NCBI RefSeq assembly: GCF_006345805.1 | Contig: NC_043000.1 | Coordinates: forward strand, 61,442,001-61,506,000 | DNA: 64,000 nt | Reading direction: 5' to 3' | Source: Octopus sinensis | Taxonomy: Eukaryota | In this document: piece after piece, positions 1 to 11,780 of the stretch | Layout: every line of letters begins with the position of its first letter | Numbering within the stretch: position 1 is the stretch's first letter | Position numbers and translations under genes: made by a program | The notes under the pieces: model-generated | Seen by the model: the letters and a program-made list of their open reading frames with translations, nothing else | Database searches by the model: none | Told to the model about the DNA's origin: nothing

Positions 1-1054
1 CCGATAGGTAAATGGACAGAATAAATTTGTAATCTATAAATCTCTTTGAATAGCCAGTCACTTATGTGGGAAGGGCTTGAAATGTTACCATCTGGGGACT
101 ATCTCTGATAATAAAATGACTAAAAGGAGGTGTGCAACCAAATAACTTTACTCAACACTTTGCAACTGAGTCAATGGAGGTAAAGATGCCTCTCCTCTAC
201 TTGACAATTTATGCACCACATTGCAAAAATCACAATCTACGTATATCTCAAAGCAAAATATTGCCCTGCTGTACCAATGAATTACAAATAACATTCATCT
301 TTTATTCTTGGGTGACCCTACAGCATCCAAGATTACAAGTGTTTTCGTCTTGGATTAGGGAAAATGACTAAATTGTGGGTGATAAGCCCCCATTAAGGGG
401 TGTTACTAACTTTGAAGTTTTAGAAATATTGCTTTATTTCTGTGTAATATTTATGGTTAAAATTTCATCAACAGCAAAAATAAACGAATTTTCATGAGGG
501 TTACGGCCTCATTTATACCCCCTCACTTTCAAAGATATACTGTATTACATGTGTCTGTATGCATAAAATATAATTTCTGAATTTTATAAAGATCCATTCA
601 GTACTTTTGACTTAGATTTGGATAAAAAAAAAATGACTAATATTTGGAAGTTTAGGCCCCCAATTGGGGTGGTAGAATCCTCATGAGAAGCGGAAAGTTT
701 TGAAATATTTCTTGATGTGTGTCAATTACCTATGGTTGAATTTTCCTCAACAGGAAATTTATGAATTTTCATGAGGGTTGGTGTTCTGCCCCCTTTAAGC
801 AACCTCAAATTCAAACCAAGCATACTGCATTATACCCGTCCTTATGTATTGAATCGAAGTTCCAAATATCATAAGGATCCATTCTGTAAATATCTTAAGG
901 ATCCATTCATGAAATTGTATGAAACATACATCATTACATTTCTCCCTAGGATTGGATTTTGTATTCCAAATTTCATTAGGATCGATGGAGTAGTTTTCGA
1001 ATCTATAAGTAACACACAAACGCACATAAAGACATTGACTTTTATATAATAGAT
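1..1054 (+). mobile_element. Helentron-associated (HINE/DINE-1-like) non-autonomous element, running off the window start
   Basis: Internal subrepeats (GAATTTTCATGAGGGTT near 488 and 763; A(A/G)GATCCATTC three times). 3' end ...AACACACAAACGCACATAAAGACATTGACTTTTATATAATAGAT has the CA-rich tract plus TTTTATATA..GAT terminus also seen near 3901 and 12444. Confidence 0.5.
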
Positions 1055-1079
1055 ATGAATACGCACATATACATATATG

Positions 1080-1119
1080 CATATATGTGTGAGTGTGTAT
1101 TATATATATATATGTATAT

Positions 1120-1209
<90 letters not shown>

Positions 1210-1210
1210 A
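1080..1210. repeat. (TA)n microsatellite abutting the foldback element
   Basis: Directly visible. Confidence 0.95.
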
Positions 1211-1244
1211 TTAAGCAAAATAAAAACATGATGCCAAAGATTCA

Positions 1245-1322
1245 GCGGTACATATATTTCGGGCCTTTATTAGACGGATTTATAACAATGCATAATGTGT
1301 GTCTATGGCCTTCTTCAGCCGC
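1245..1322 (-). ncRNA. Type I hammerhead ribozyme motif (left-arm copy)
   Basis: Minus strand: GCGG-CTGAAGA-A-GGCC..TAGAC..GTCTA..GGCC-C-GAAA-TATATG-TA-CCGC. Stem III carries a C>T change relative to the right-arm copy. Confidence 0.55.
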
Positions 1323-2668
1323 GCACAACTACTACCTCAAGGACATGTATTACATAAAAAATTCTACGTTGGGGATGCAAATCCTCTCATTCGCGTACGA
1401 CATAATGCGGCAACAGCATAAAAATGAAGCGTCCATCTCGTCCTTCTCTCAGTGTAGAATGAGGAAGTTTGGATGTTGAGGTAATATAAATAAATGAATA
1501 AATAAATATATACATATATAAATACAGACAGACGTAAAGGAACCTGGTAATAAGAGCAAATAGGGATAAAGATGGAGGGGCGAGAATTCAGGACGAAGGA
1601 TAAAAAAATATATAAAAAGTGTAAGTATAGAAAAATATAAAAATGTAGAGTATAAAGATATAAAGAGATATAAAAAATAAAAAAAAAAAATAAATGAATA
1701 TAAAGGTATAAAGTTATAAAAAAATTTAAAAAATTATCAGAAGTATAAAGGGTATAAGAGTGTAGGAATGTAAAAGAATATAAGGATAAGGGATATATAG
1801 TAGTTACGGACCAAACATGGTTGTCAGGAAAATGACAAATTCTGGTTGTAGAAGCCTTGGGTGTCATAAATCAACCGGGGCATCTGGGGACCTAGTGTAT
1901 TGTAAATTAGAGTTGTTTGGTTGAGCCGCTTATCTGGTTCTTCGTAACGTATTAAGTGGTCATCATGTACATACGTACACGCATGGATACATACACCCAT
2001 GTGTGTACGTATGTACATGATGACCACTTAATACGTTACGAAGAACCAGATAAGCGGCTCAACCAAACAACTCTAATTTACAATACACTAGGTCCCCAAG
2101 GCTTCTACAACCAGAATTTGTCATTTTCCTGACCACCATGTTTGGTCCGTAACTACTATATATCCCTTATCCTTATATTCTTTTACATTCCTACACTCTT
2201 ATACCCTTTATACTTCTGATAATTTTTTAAATTTTTAAAATTTTTTAATTTTTTAATTTTTTTATAACTTTATACCTTTATATTCATTTATATATATATA
2301 TATTTTTTTAATATTTTTTATATCTCTTTATATCTTTATACTCTACATTTTTATATTTTTCTATACTTACACTTTTTATATATTTTTTTATCCTTCGTCC
2401 TGAATTCTCGCCCCTCCATCTTTATCCCTATTTGCTCTTATTACCAGGTTCCTTCACGTCTGTCTGTATTTATACATGTATATATTTATTTATTCATTTA
2501 TTTATATTACCTCAACATCCAAACTTCCTCATTCTACACTGAGAGAAGGACGAGATGGACGCTTCATTTTTATGCTGTTGCCGCATTATGTCGTACGCGA
2601 ATGAGAGGATTTGCATCCCCAACGTAGAATTTTTTATGTAATACATGTCCTTGAGGTAGTAGTTGTGC

Positions 2669-2746
2669 GCGGCTGAAGAAGGCCATAGACACACATTATG
2701 CATTGTTATAAATCCGTTTAATAAAGGCCCGAAACATATGTACCGC
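2669..2746 (+). ncRNA. Type I hammerhead ribozyme motif (right-arm copy)
   Basis: Stem I GCGG (2669-72)/CCGC (2743-46); CTGAAGA 2673-79; stem II GGCC/GGCC with an A.C mismatch at its base; GAAA 2731-34; palindromic stem III ACATATGT; GUA triplet with predicted cleavage after 2742. Confidence 0.65.
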
Positions 2747-2848
2747 TGAACCTTGGCATCATGATTTTATTTTGATTAATTGACTCCACCACCTACACCA
2801 CCAAACGGTATATACAGGTGCTTACAATTATCAAGTACTCACATTGAA

Positions 2849-2888
<40 letters not shown>

Positions 2889-2984
2889 CAGAAAGATAGA
2901 TTGATTGATACAACTGAGAGGGCAAACACAAGAGACACTGCCTTCAAGAATTTTTTGTCAAACGAAACGAATCCAGTGTTTTTT

Positions 2985-3297
2985 TTTATTTTGGTAAGTC
3001 TGGTACTTATTCTATCAGTCTCTTTTTGTCAAACCAGTAAGTTATGGGGATGCAAATAAACGAAGAGCAGTTGTTAAGCAGTGATGAGGGAAGAACACAG
3101 ACACAAAGATATACACATATCCTTACATATATACATATATATATAGGAATGATTTCTTTCAGTTTCTGTCTACGAAATCCACTCACAAGGCTTTGCTTGA
3201 TCTGAGGCTATAGCAGAAGACACACACCAAGTTCCCACACAGTGGGACTGAACTTAGGTCAATGAGCTTTAAAACTAAGTTTCTTACCATACATCGA
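2985..3297 (-). mobile_element. tRNA-headed SINE family A, degraded copy
   Basis: Reverse-complement similarity to the 9178-9601 copy (TACTTATTCTATCAGTCTC, TTCTTTCAGTTTCTGTCTAC, AGTGGGACTGAAC). Confidence 0.75.
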
Positions 3298-3458
3298 CCT
3301 ATATATATATATGTGTGTGTGCGTATAAATGTATGTATATGTATATATATGTATATATGTATGTATGTATATCTGTGTTACATATGTGTACATATTACAT
3401 ATATATACATGCATACATATATTTATACGTATGTATACATATATATATATATATAGAC

Positions 3459-3489
<31 letters not shown>

Positions 3490-3580
3490 CTTATATACAT
3501 ATATATACATAATATATTATATATATATATACATGTATGTATGTATGTATGCATGTATATATGTATGCCTGTATATATGA
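3298..3580. repeat. Compound (TA)n/(TATG)n microsatellite
   Basis: Directly visible. Confidence 0.9.
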
Positions 3581-3585
3581 GATAG

Positions 3586-3639
3586 TACTTTCACTTTAAT
3601 AGTTTCAGTATTAATACTGAAACTATTAAAGTGAAAGTA
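3586..3639. repeat. Perfect 54-bp palindrome with no loop
   Basis: TACTTTCACTTTAATAGTTTCAGTATT followed by AATACTGAAACTATTAAAGTGAAAGTA, checked base by base. Confidence 0.95.
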
Positions 3640-3901
3640 TCTGACATTGCAATAGAGCGATATTTTGTTTCACTTTTGACAAATAATACTGGAAAAGTGG
3701 AAAGTATAAGAGATTGCTCTGGGCTTGCATTAGGCATGAAGTTGAAGATTTTTTTGACCCATGACACTATCTGAACCCTAAGTAAGGCATGTGTAAAATT
3801 TCAATGACGTTGGTTGTGTAGTTCTTGAGTTTTAGGTATTCACACAGACAGATACACACACACGGGCACACATTCTCATCTTTATATATATATATATAGA
3901 T
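3613..3901 (+). mobile_element. HINE/Helentron-like 3' fragment
   Basis: Ends ...GTAGTTCTTGAGTTTTAGG..CACACAGACAGATACACACA..CTTTATATATATATATATAGAT, the same terminal architecture as near 1054 and 12444. Confidence 0.5.
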
Positions 3902-4599
3902 TATACGTAGTTTACGTCATATGTATGCTCGTGCAAGTATGCTTATTTGCGAAAATATACGTTGCTTTGAGATATTCTATGATGATAAATTCTAAGCGTA
4001 GTAATCCATTATAGCATTTTGATTTTCAGTTGGAACTGTTTCAATTTCACCATTAATCACAATGGTAATCTTAATGGAAGCGAACATCTCAAGTGTCTTC
4101 CTCGACTCAATAAACTCTACGAAATCGAGAAAGAAACTAGAATATAGAATTTCACATATAACCTTATACAGCAATTCTGTGTTGCAATTCAATTACAGAA
4201 TACGTAAAAAGAAAAAGAATCATCGGGTATTAGAATGTTTTTAGCTGAGTTGAATCATCTATGTTTGAACAGTCAAACCAGAAGTCCAGTTGATGGTTAG
4301 CTCATGGGCGATGGGTAGCCCATGGTTAGCCCATGGGCATTTGTTTCTTCCCGTCACCAGACTCAGAACCACCATAGATAACTCATTAGTGACGACATTC
4401 GTCCTGCGAAAAACTTTAATATTCCCAGCCATAACATCAACAACAGAATAAACGAGAATAGCTTATTCGCCATTTTTTCTCCATACTGAGAAGGAATAAG
4501 TGACTTATATATATATTGCTATTTGTTCTGGACTGCTTCCAGATATTTTTCCCTTTACTTCTAATACCACGATAACAGCTTCTCCATCTCCGTACCTCT

Positions 4600-4627
4600 A
4601 CTGCTGCTGCTACTGCTGCTGCTATAC

Positions 4628-4719
<92 letters not shown>

Positions 4720-4795
4720 GCCGCTGCTGCTGCTGCTGCTGCTGGCAACAGCAACAACAACACTAACAACAACTGCAGCAGACAACTACTCGATA
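4600..4795. repeat. Compound trinucleotide array (CTG)/(TAC)n/(CTG)/(AAC)
   Basis: Directly visible; explains the poly-Y, poly-V and poly-S ORFs. Confidence 0.95.
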
Positions 4796-4992
4796 AAACT
4801 GGTATTGCTGGAAACTACATATGAGATTCTACGCGGTTGATTTTCAGCTAGAAATATCCGTGAAATATCCGTCTAATCACATCCATGCCTGATTAGGTGC
4901 TTTATCTTCAAATACCAAGTGTAAGTTTGCAATATACATAGCGGCAGTCCCATAACTGGATGAGTGAAACCAGTCAAATCAGTAAAAGAGGA

Positions 4993-5030
4993 TACACACA
5001 CACACACGCACACACACACACACACACACA

Positions 5031-5089
<59 letters not shown>
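4993..5089. repeat. (CA)n microsatellite
   Basis: Directly visible. Confidence 0.95.
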
Positions 5090-5098
5090 GAATATTGG

Positions 5099-5409
5099 CA
5101 CGACGACGAGTGTTCCATCAGATCTGATCAGCATAATAGCCCTGCTCCAGAAATTAACAAGTAGGTGAGCACTCCACAGACACGCGTACTCTTAGTGTAT
5201 TTCTCAGAGAGATTCAGCATGACAAAAAATGCGACATACTCGGCCCTTTGAAATACTAGAACTGCTCATTTTTGCTCATTTTTGCTAAATGAATTGACTG
5301 GATCAACGTGAAATAAAGTGTAAACTGTCAGAACGCACCGCTGGGTATCGAAATCACGACCTTACGATCGTTAGCTAAATATCCTAAGCAATAAGCCACG
5401 CACCTTCAC
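5099..5409 (-). mobile_element. tRNA-headed SINE family B
   Basis: Shares ACTCCACAGACACG, GAGATTCAGC, GCCCTTTGAAATAC, CAACGTGAAATAAAGTG, CACGACCTTACGATC and TAAGCCACGC with copies near 28415 and 43055. Confidence 0.8.
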
Positions 5410-6178
5410 TTCACACAAACTTCATGTATAAGGATGCATATGTATCTATGCTTTTGAAGCTATGCATGCATGTATAAGTGTTTGTATGCCTATCTGCATA
5501 CACAGTGTGTGTGTATGTGTGTTTGTGTGTGTGTAACATTGTGTGCGAGAAAGGGACTCTAGTATAACGTTAACATTTGTGGTATTACAATATTTACTTC
5601 TTTCTGAACATATTTTGTTTTCTAAGCATACGTCCTTCACGACTGATTAAACTAAATAATAAAAAAAAAACTAGACAAATGGACTTATTAGCGAAGTGTA
5701 AATTTGTATTTTCAAACCATTAACAACTTTTTGACAAGGTGACAGCTGTGTAACAAAAATTAATGATTAATGTACACATTCTTTAAATATATTCTATGTG
5801 TTATATGAACAGAATTTGTACAATCATGTCTGATACGGACGTACCGTTTGATGATAAAGGTCAGTATATAAGAATATAAAGTTATTAAATCATGTATAGA
5901 GATTATAAATGTCTTTATAGGCATCTAGAATCAGATTATATATCATGCGCCCAATCAACACTATCGCTTATACACTGGTAAAAATATAAAAAATAAACAC
6001 TGACATTCAGGAACAACACTCATACACACGTGCAACTCGCGCGCACACGCATCTCTATATAAGTGTGTGCATGTGTGTGTGTGTGTAACAATGTGTGTGA
6101 GAGAGAAACTTTAACACAACGTTATAGGGAAAATTTGTGAAAGAATCATTGATCTGGAAAGCGGCGTCTCACTTCAGT

Positions 6179-6196
6179 GGGTTGGGGTGGGGTGGG
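6179..6196 (+). other. Potential G-quadruplex
   Basis: GGG-TT-GGGG-T-GGGG-T-GGG: four G runs with 1-2 nt loops. Confidence 0.6.
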
Positions 6197-6313
6197 CGGT
6201 GCGGAATGATGCCGTGTAGAGCTGGGCCCCGAAATGCATTCTCTCCTGATGACCCCATAAACTTGCGGAGCGTTCGACTGGTAACACTTGCATCTGCAAG
6301 TTGTTTGCAATAA

Positions 6314-6700
<387 letters not shown>

Positions 6701-7678
6701 TACACACACATACACACATATATTTATATACACATGCACATATATAAGCGACTGAATTGTTATCGTCCTATGATTATTAAGGTTATTAAAGTTCTTTGCT
6801 CAATATGAACCTTTTTTCTCGAAGAGACAGATGCATAAAGAACACATACATAGTGTGTAACATGGAAAAGGACTTAGACCTTGAAAAATTTCTCTTTTGT
6901 TTCCCAAATACAACAAATTCTAATTATATTTAAATAAATCAATTTTCATACCGTTAAACACAATACCCGTGTGCTAATATCAAACAAGTATTAGTATGGT
7001 CAAATTGTAACTACCATCATTTAGTATGAAATCAAATTAAAAATACTGAAAATTGTTTGCCCAGTAGACTGATACGCTAGTTTCTATGCCAACAGTCTAA
7101 ATGGCCATATATCACTAATCAATTTGGCAGTCCGACTATCATCCACACATACATATAAGCATTGAGGATACCTACACTTACTGTGTAAGCTTGTATATAA
7201 AAAGACACAAATATTTTTATACACAGTAGAGACTAAGAAGCCTGTATATAAATATCTATTTCTCCACCTATCTCTGTGTATGTCTCTTCTATTTAAATTT
7301 ATGATTACTAAGGGCCATGCTTATTTATTTTGCAAGCAATATACAAGGATTGTAAATAGGATTGAATGCGTGTATTTTTTTCATGTTTTGCACGATTAGT
7401 TTTTATTTTGATGATGTATAGTAAATAACAGACATTTATTTGTACTGAACACATTTGCGTATATCGAAGAAGCTCAAGTTAAGGTAGAATCTTTTAGAAT
7501 TATTTACCCTAGCTTATATTATACAAGCACAAAAAAGTTAAAAATATAGAAGTTCACGTTCATAATATACTTGTTAGAAATATTTACATTATCTTTTGTC
7601 TTACTGGACAATGGAATTTTCCTTGACTTAATGCTGTATAAGGTAATTACTTTGCGGTATAATATATTTAGAGTAACA

Positions 7679-7831
7679 AGGCGGTGAGCTGGCAGAAACA
7701 TTAGCACGCCGGTTGAAAAGCTTATCGATATTTTCTCTGTCTTTACGTTTTGATTTCAAATTCCGCCGAGGTCGATTTTGCCTGTCATCATTTCGTGGAC
7801 GATTAAATAAGTACCAGTTGCATACTAGTGT
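7679..7831 (+). mobile_element. tRNA-headed SINE family C
   Basis: GGCGGTGAGCTGGCAGAAACATTAGCACGCC...TTCAAATTCCGCCGAGGTCGA..TTTGCC..TAAGTACCAGTT, shared with the 29436-29638 and 61790-62012 copies. Confidence 0.8.
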
Positions 7832-9054
7832 TCTCCCCAAATATTTCTGGCGTTTACCCTAGAGTAGAAAAGAATATATTTTGAGTAACATGTGTTTATT
7901 TAGCAAATAACATGTTTTAACTGAGTTCATTATCTTTACAGACAAAGATTTCCAGTTGTGACCTAATTCGTACTTGATGTCTTATGCGTTAAATTTTGAA
8001 AAGTGAAATGTTCGTGGCTGTATGATTGGATTGTTAGCCTTAAATACTTTAAATTAATTTTCTTTCAAGAATCGTTAACTTCATTACACTTGAAGCAGCA
8101 AAAATATAAGATTTTACTTAACTTACAGTTTTCGTACAAAAGCATACACACACATTTCTAAATACAGCATTTAAACATAAAAATATAATCATGTTTATTT
8201 TGAGACACTTCGGTTATATTCGTTTTCATTTTCGAAGCCAACAGCTTAAAAGTAAATCTGATAATTGCATTGGAGAATCTGAATCCATTTTTTCACTATA
8301 TTGTATGCATAATAAATTGTGTCTTAGTAAAATTTCTGACAACCTCTCTTTATTTATGAAGCTATACATATTCCAGCTGTAAGGAGTAAATATTTATAAA
8401 ATACTAGAAAAAGAATCAATTTTTAATGAACGGTATTGATATTACTTGAGGCTAGAAAGGAAAATCTGTATTATTCTGTACCTAAGTGATGGTTTCAAGG
8501 CTTTTCAGCATATAATTATAACGCATGTGACTATTGCAAGAACAGCATTTGAATGATTTCAAGTGAAAAACTAAACTGGGTAAGCAAGGTGTTTTGAAAC
8601 AGTTGTATTCTGTAAAGAAAAATCGCATAAAATTTTACCATATCTAAAATATAATCTAAGAAAGATGAACAATCATTCAGACGATACAATCATATTCAGA
8701 GAAAGTGATTATATTAATAATATTAACATTTATCTTTGCGAATATCATTTTAACTTTTCTGATCCTGATAGAGTTAAAGATTGACAACTTTGCTGGAAAT
8801 TGCAGTTCATAAATGACAGAAATAAGCAACAGCACGTAAACTTTTGTGGAATATGTCAACAGACACGAATACATATAGCCATCTATATGTAGTTCTACAT
8901 ACGTATAAGTATTTGATATATTCATTCATACACCTGCCTATCATTATCTTTCAATCGCGCTTACACACGCACGTACTTCTCTTTCGTTCTCTGTCTGTCA
9001 ACTCTTTTTGTCCGTCTCTCTGGCAAACTCTTTATCTTCTTCTCTATGAATAAG

Positions 9055-9117
<63 letters not shown>

Positions 9118-9177
9118 GTGTTTGTATATATATATAATATATAAATATATGCATATATACATACATATATGTACAAT

Positions 9178-9601
9178 AGGCGCAGGAGTGACTGTGTGGT
9201 AAGTAGCTTGCTAACTAACCACATGGTTCCGGGTTCAGTCCCACTGCGTGGCATCTTGGGCAAGTGTGTTCTGCTATAGCCCCGGGCCAACCAATGCCTT
9301 GTGAGTGGATTTGGTAGCCGGAAACTGAAAGAAGCCTGTCGTATATATGTATATATATATATATGTCTGTGTGTATGTGTTTGTGTGTCTGTGTTTGTCT
9401 CCCTAGCATTGCTTGACAACCAATGCTGGTGTGTTTACGTCCCCGTCACTTAGCGGTTTAGCAAAAGAGACCGATAGAATAAGTACTGGGCTTACAAAGA
9501 ATAAGACCCAGGGTCGATTTGCTCGACTAAAGGCGGTGCTCCAGCATGGCCGCAGTCAAATGACTGAAACAAGTAAAAGAGAGTAAAGAGAGAGTAAAGA
9601 G
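9178..9601 (+). mobile_element. SINE family A, full-length bipartite copy with internal microsatellite
   Basis: Pol III-like A box (GTGACTGTGTGGTAAG) and B box (GGGTTCAGTCCC), central (TA)/(TG) tract, tail ending in GAAACAAGTAAAAGAG repeats. Confidence 0.85.
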
Positions 9602-10561
9602 TATACCTGCATCTATTTGTATATATACATGCATATATGGGTACAGAACATAAAAAAAACGTTGAATACAATGAGAAACGAAAACACAAAAACAAAAACA
9701 TGGAAACGACCTTTTTTTTCAAACAACCAAAAAAACAGAGTACAAGACATACAACACAAGGAATATTCCCCTTCTTCAGTTGTTTCTGCTTCGTCTAGTC
9801 CGCGTTCCGAAGGTAAGGACAAGATGCGACTTCGTTGAAACAGTCCTCTCCGCAAAGTAAATTAAATAAAATTTGGGATTTTTTGCGGAGGGGTAAAAAT
9901 GGTAATAATCTGATCCCGTGTCAGTGACGAGAGAGTCGAGGAGGAGGAGGAGGAGGAGGAGTAAGAAAGAAGAAGCAGAGAGAAGAAGAATAGGGAAGGG
10001 TGGGAGAGAAAACCAGAAAGGATGAAGAATAAGAGAGGGAGAGAGATAGACAGAGGAGAAATAGTAAAGGTGAAGAGTGCGCATCATAATTATTAAGATA
10101 AAACTTTCTTGCGAAAGGATGCGTGGCGTCCGATCATATAATAATATAAATAATATATAAATATCATTATATATATATATATGTGTGTGTGTGTATGGAT
10201 GTATCATCAGTAAATTATAAATCCGAAAAAGAGGCACATTCTAAGTTATAGAGCAGTAGAGTATATAGATAAACATAAATATGACTTGTTTATGGGCTTA
10301 ACTTTACAACGCTTCTTCTGATTCTAAACCTGTTGGCCTATCAGTTTAGAGTTTGAAGAAACGTTATAAAGCTAAACGGTTTATGGACGTGAGACCAAAG
10401 TAACTCTATAAACCACCTATATCTATATCTATCTATCTATATCTGTCTGTCTATATATATATATTTATACAAGCATGCACACACACACATACACACACAC
10501 ACACAGATATATATATATATATATATAACTGAAAAAGCTGAAATCAACAAGAAGGAGTACG

Positions 10562-10804
10562 GTTGAACATTTATTTTCAATTACTACAATTGCTTCTACG
10601 CAACATAATTCTCCGGGTTTCAGGTACTGGGTTATGTAATCGTTTCCTTGCATTATGAGAGCTAGACAATATTCATATATCGCCTGAGAAAACACAACTA
10701 GATCTGATAATTCATGGAAACGGTTGTATAACCAAGTACCTGCAAGCTTGGAGAACTACGTTGCGTAGAAACAATTGTAATGATTGAAAATAAATGTCTC
10801 CAAC
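10562..10804. mobile_element. MITE-like element with about 105-bp diverged inverted arms
   Basis: 10562-10665 is the approximate reverse complement of 10698-10804 (ACATTTATTTTCAAT/ATTGAAAATAAATGT; CTACGCAAC/GTTGCGTAG; AGGTACT/AGTACCT). Confidence 0.7.
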
Positions 10805-11003
10805 TTTTTCCAACTTTGACTCCAACTTTTTCACTATCTATTCACACACTACACTAGCCCAAACGCGAATCTGAATGTACTTAAAATACTACTACTGTAG
10901 AACACATGGTGAAACCTGAAGGTGAACGAGTTTATACTGTACTCCACCACGTTCTTAACGGAATATAACGCAATATAACATATGTATCTATATACACACA
11001 CGC

Positions 11004-11037
<34 letters not shown>

Positions 11038-11052
11038 GCACACGCACACACT

Positions 11053-11095
<43 letters not shown>

Positions 11096-11448
11096 CTTAT
11101 ATAAAATAGACCTGTGTGTGTATTCGCTTTACACGCGAAAACAGCTGTGCGAATTACTTCCATATTTGGGATGTATAAATAATTTGACTTCGGGTGCATA
11201 ACAGGCTCTTCAGTTTATTTCTTTTATATTAAATATATACAATAGTGCTTTATATATATGATTCACTTCATTAAAAATGTTTCTCAATGTCAATTTTCCG
11301 TTTTCATTTGCAAAATCTTTCACTCTCTATTTTAATGTTTTATATATATTTTATATATGTAGGAGGTTGAGAAGGAACACACAAATTGTTATATATGGAA
11401 AAAAAGTCAAGATAGAAAATGCTAAAATAGTTTTATAAAAAAACATTT

Positions 11449-11484
11449 CAGTACCGGTTCCAGTCATTGAGACTTTTTCAACTG
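11449..11484 (-). ncRNA. Minimal hammerhead motif with U3-A8 core variant (A13G; probably inactive)
   Basis: Minus strand: CAG-TTGAAAA-AGTC-TCAAT-GACT-GGAA-CCGG-TA-CTG. All three stems pair; GGAA replaces GAAA. Confidence 0.55.
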
Positions 11485-11780
11485 TAAGTATAGAAAACAA
11501 TTAAATTTTGGAAAAATTAAAAGGAAAGTTTTTTAAAAGAATATTTGCATAGTGTTCAAATACAAATCTTGTTTACACACACACACACACACACACACCA
11601 GAAGTATTTTTTGACTTCTATAATTAGCAATATAGGTACTCATGTAGTACCCTTATTTATATATGTACATATCTAATATTGCATGTATATATTTAATTTA
11701 TTTGCCTGCACGGCTAATAATTCGCTTACCACTTGTGATGGTATTTTTCATAATACCATCCCTATATATATTTATAAATA

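Larger units (their letters stand above)
1209..2781. mobile_element. 1.57-kb near-perfect palindrome (foldback), probably an inverted duplication of a Penelope-like 3' end
   Basis: Left arm 1209-1986 is the reverse complement of right arm 1997-2781, with a 10-nt loop ATACATACAC. ORFs 1228+ and 2512- encode the same peptide. Each arm carries an HHR motif. The palindrome is seen directly; the PLE origin is inference. Confidence 0.9.

Noticed and set aside
6225-6262. GAAA..CTGATGA arrangement suggesting a type II hammerhead
   Set aside because: The stem II strands (CCCC/CCCC) are not complementary and there is no stem I.
9178-9260. tRNA-like A/B boxes (also in other SINE heads)
   Set aside because: These are SINE Pol III promoters lacking a full cloverleaf, not tRNA genes.
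9745-9800. Minus-strand CTGAAGA-AGGGG-AATAT-TCCT half-hammerhead
   Set aside because: No GAAA, stem III or NUH follows; at best an eroded relic.
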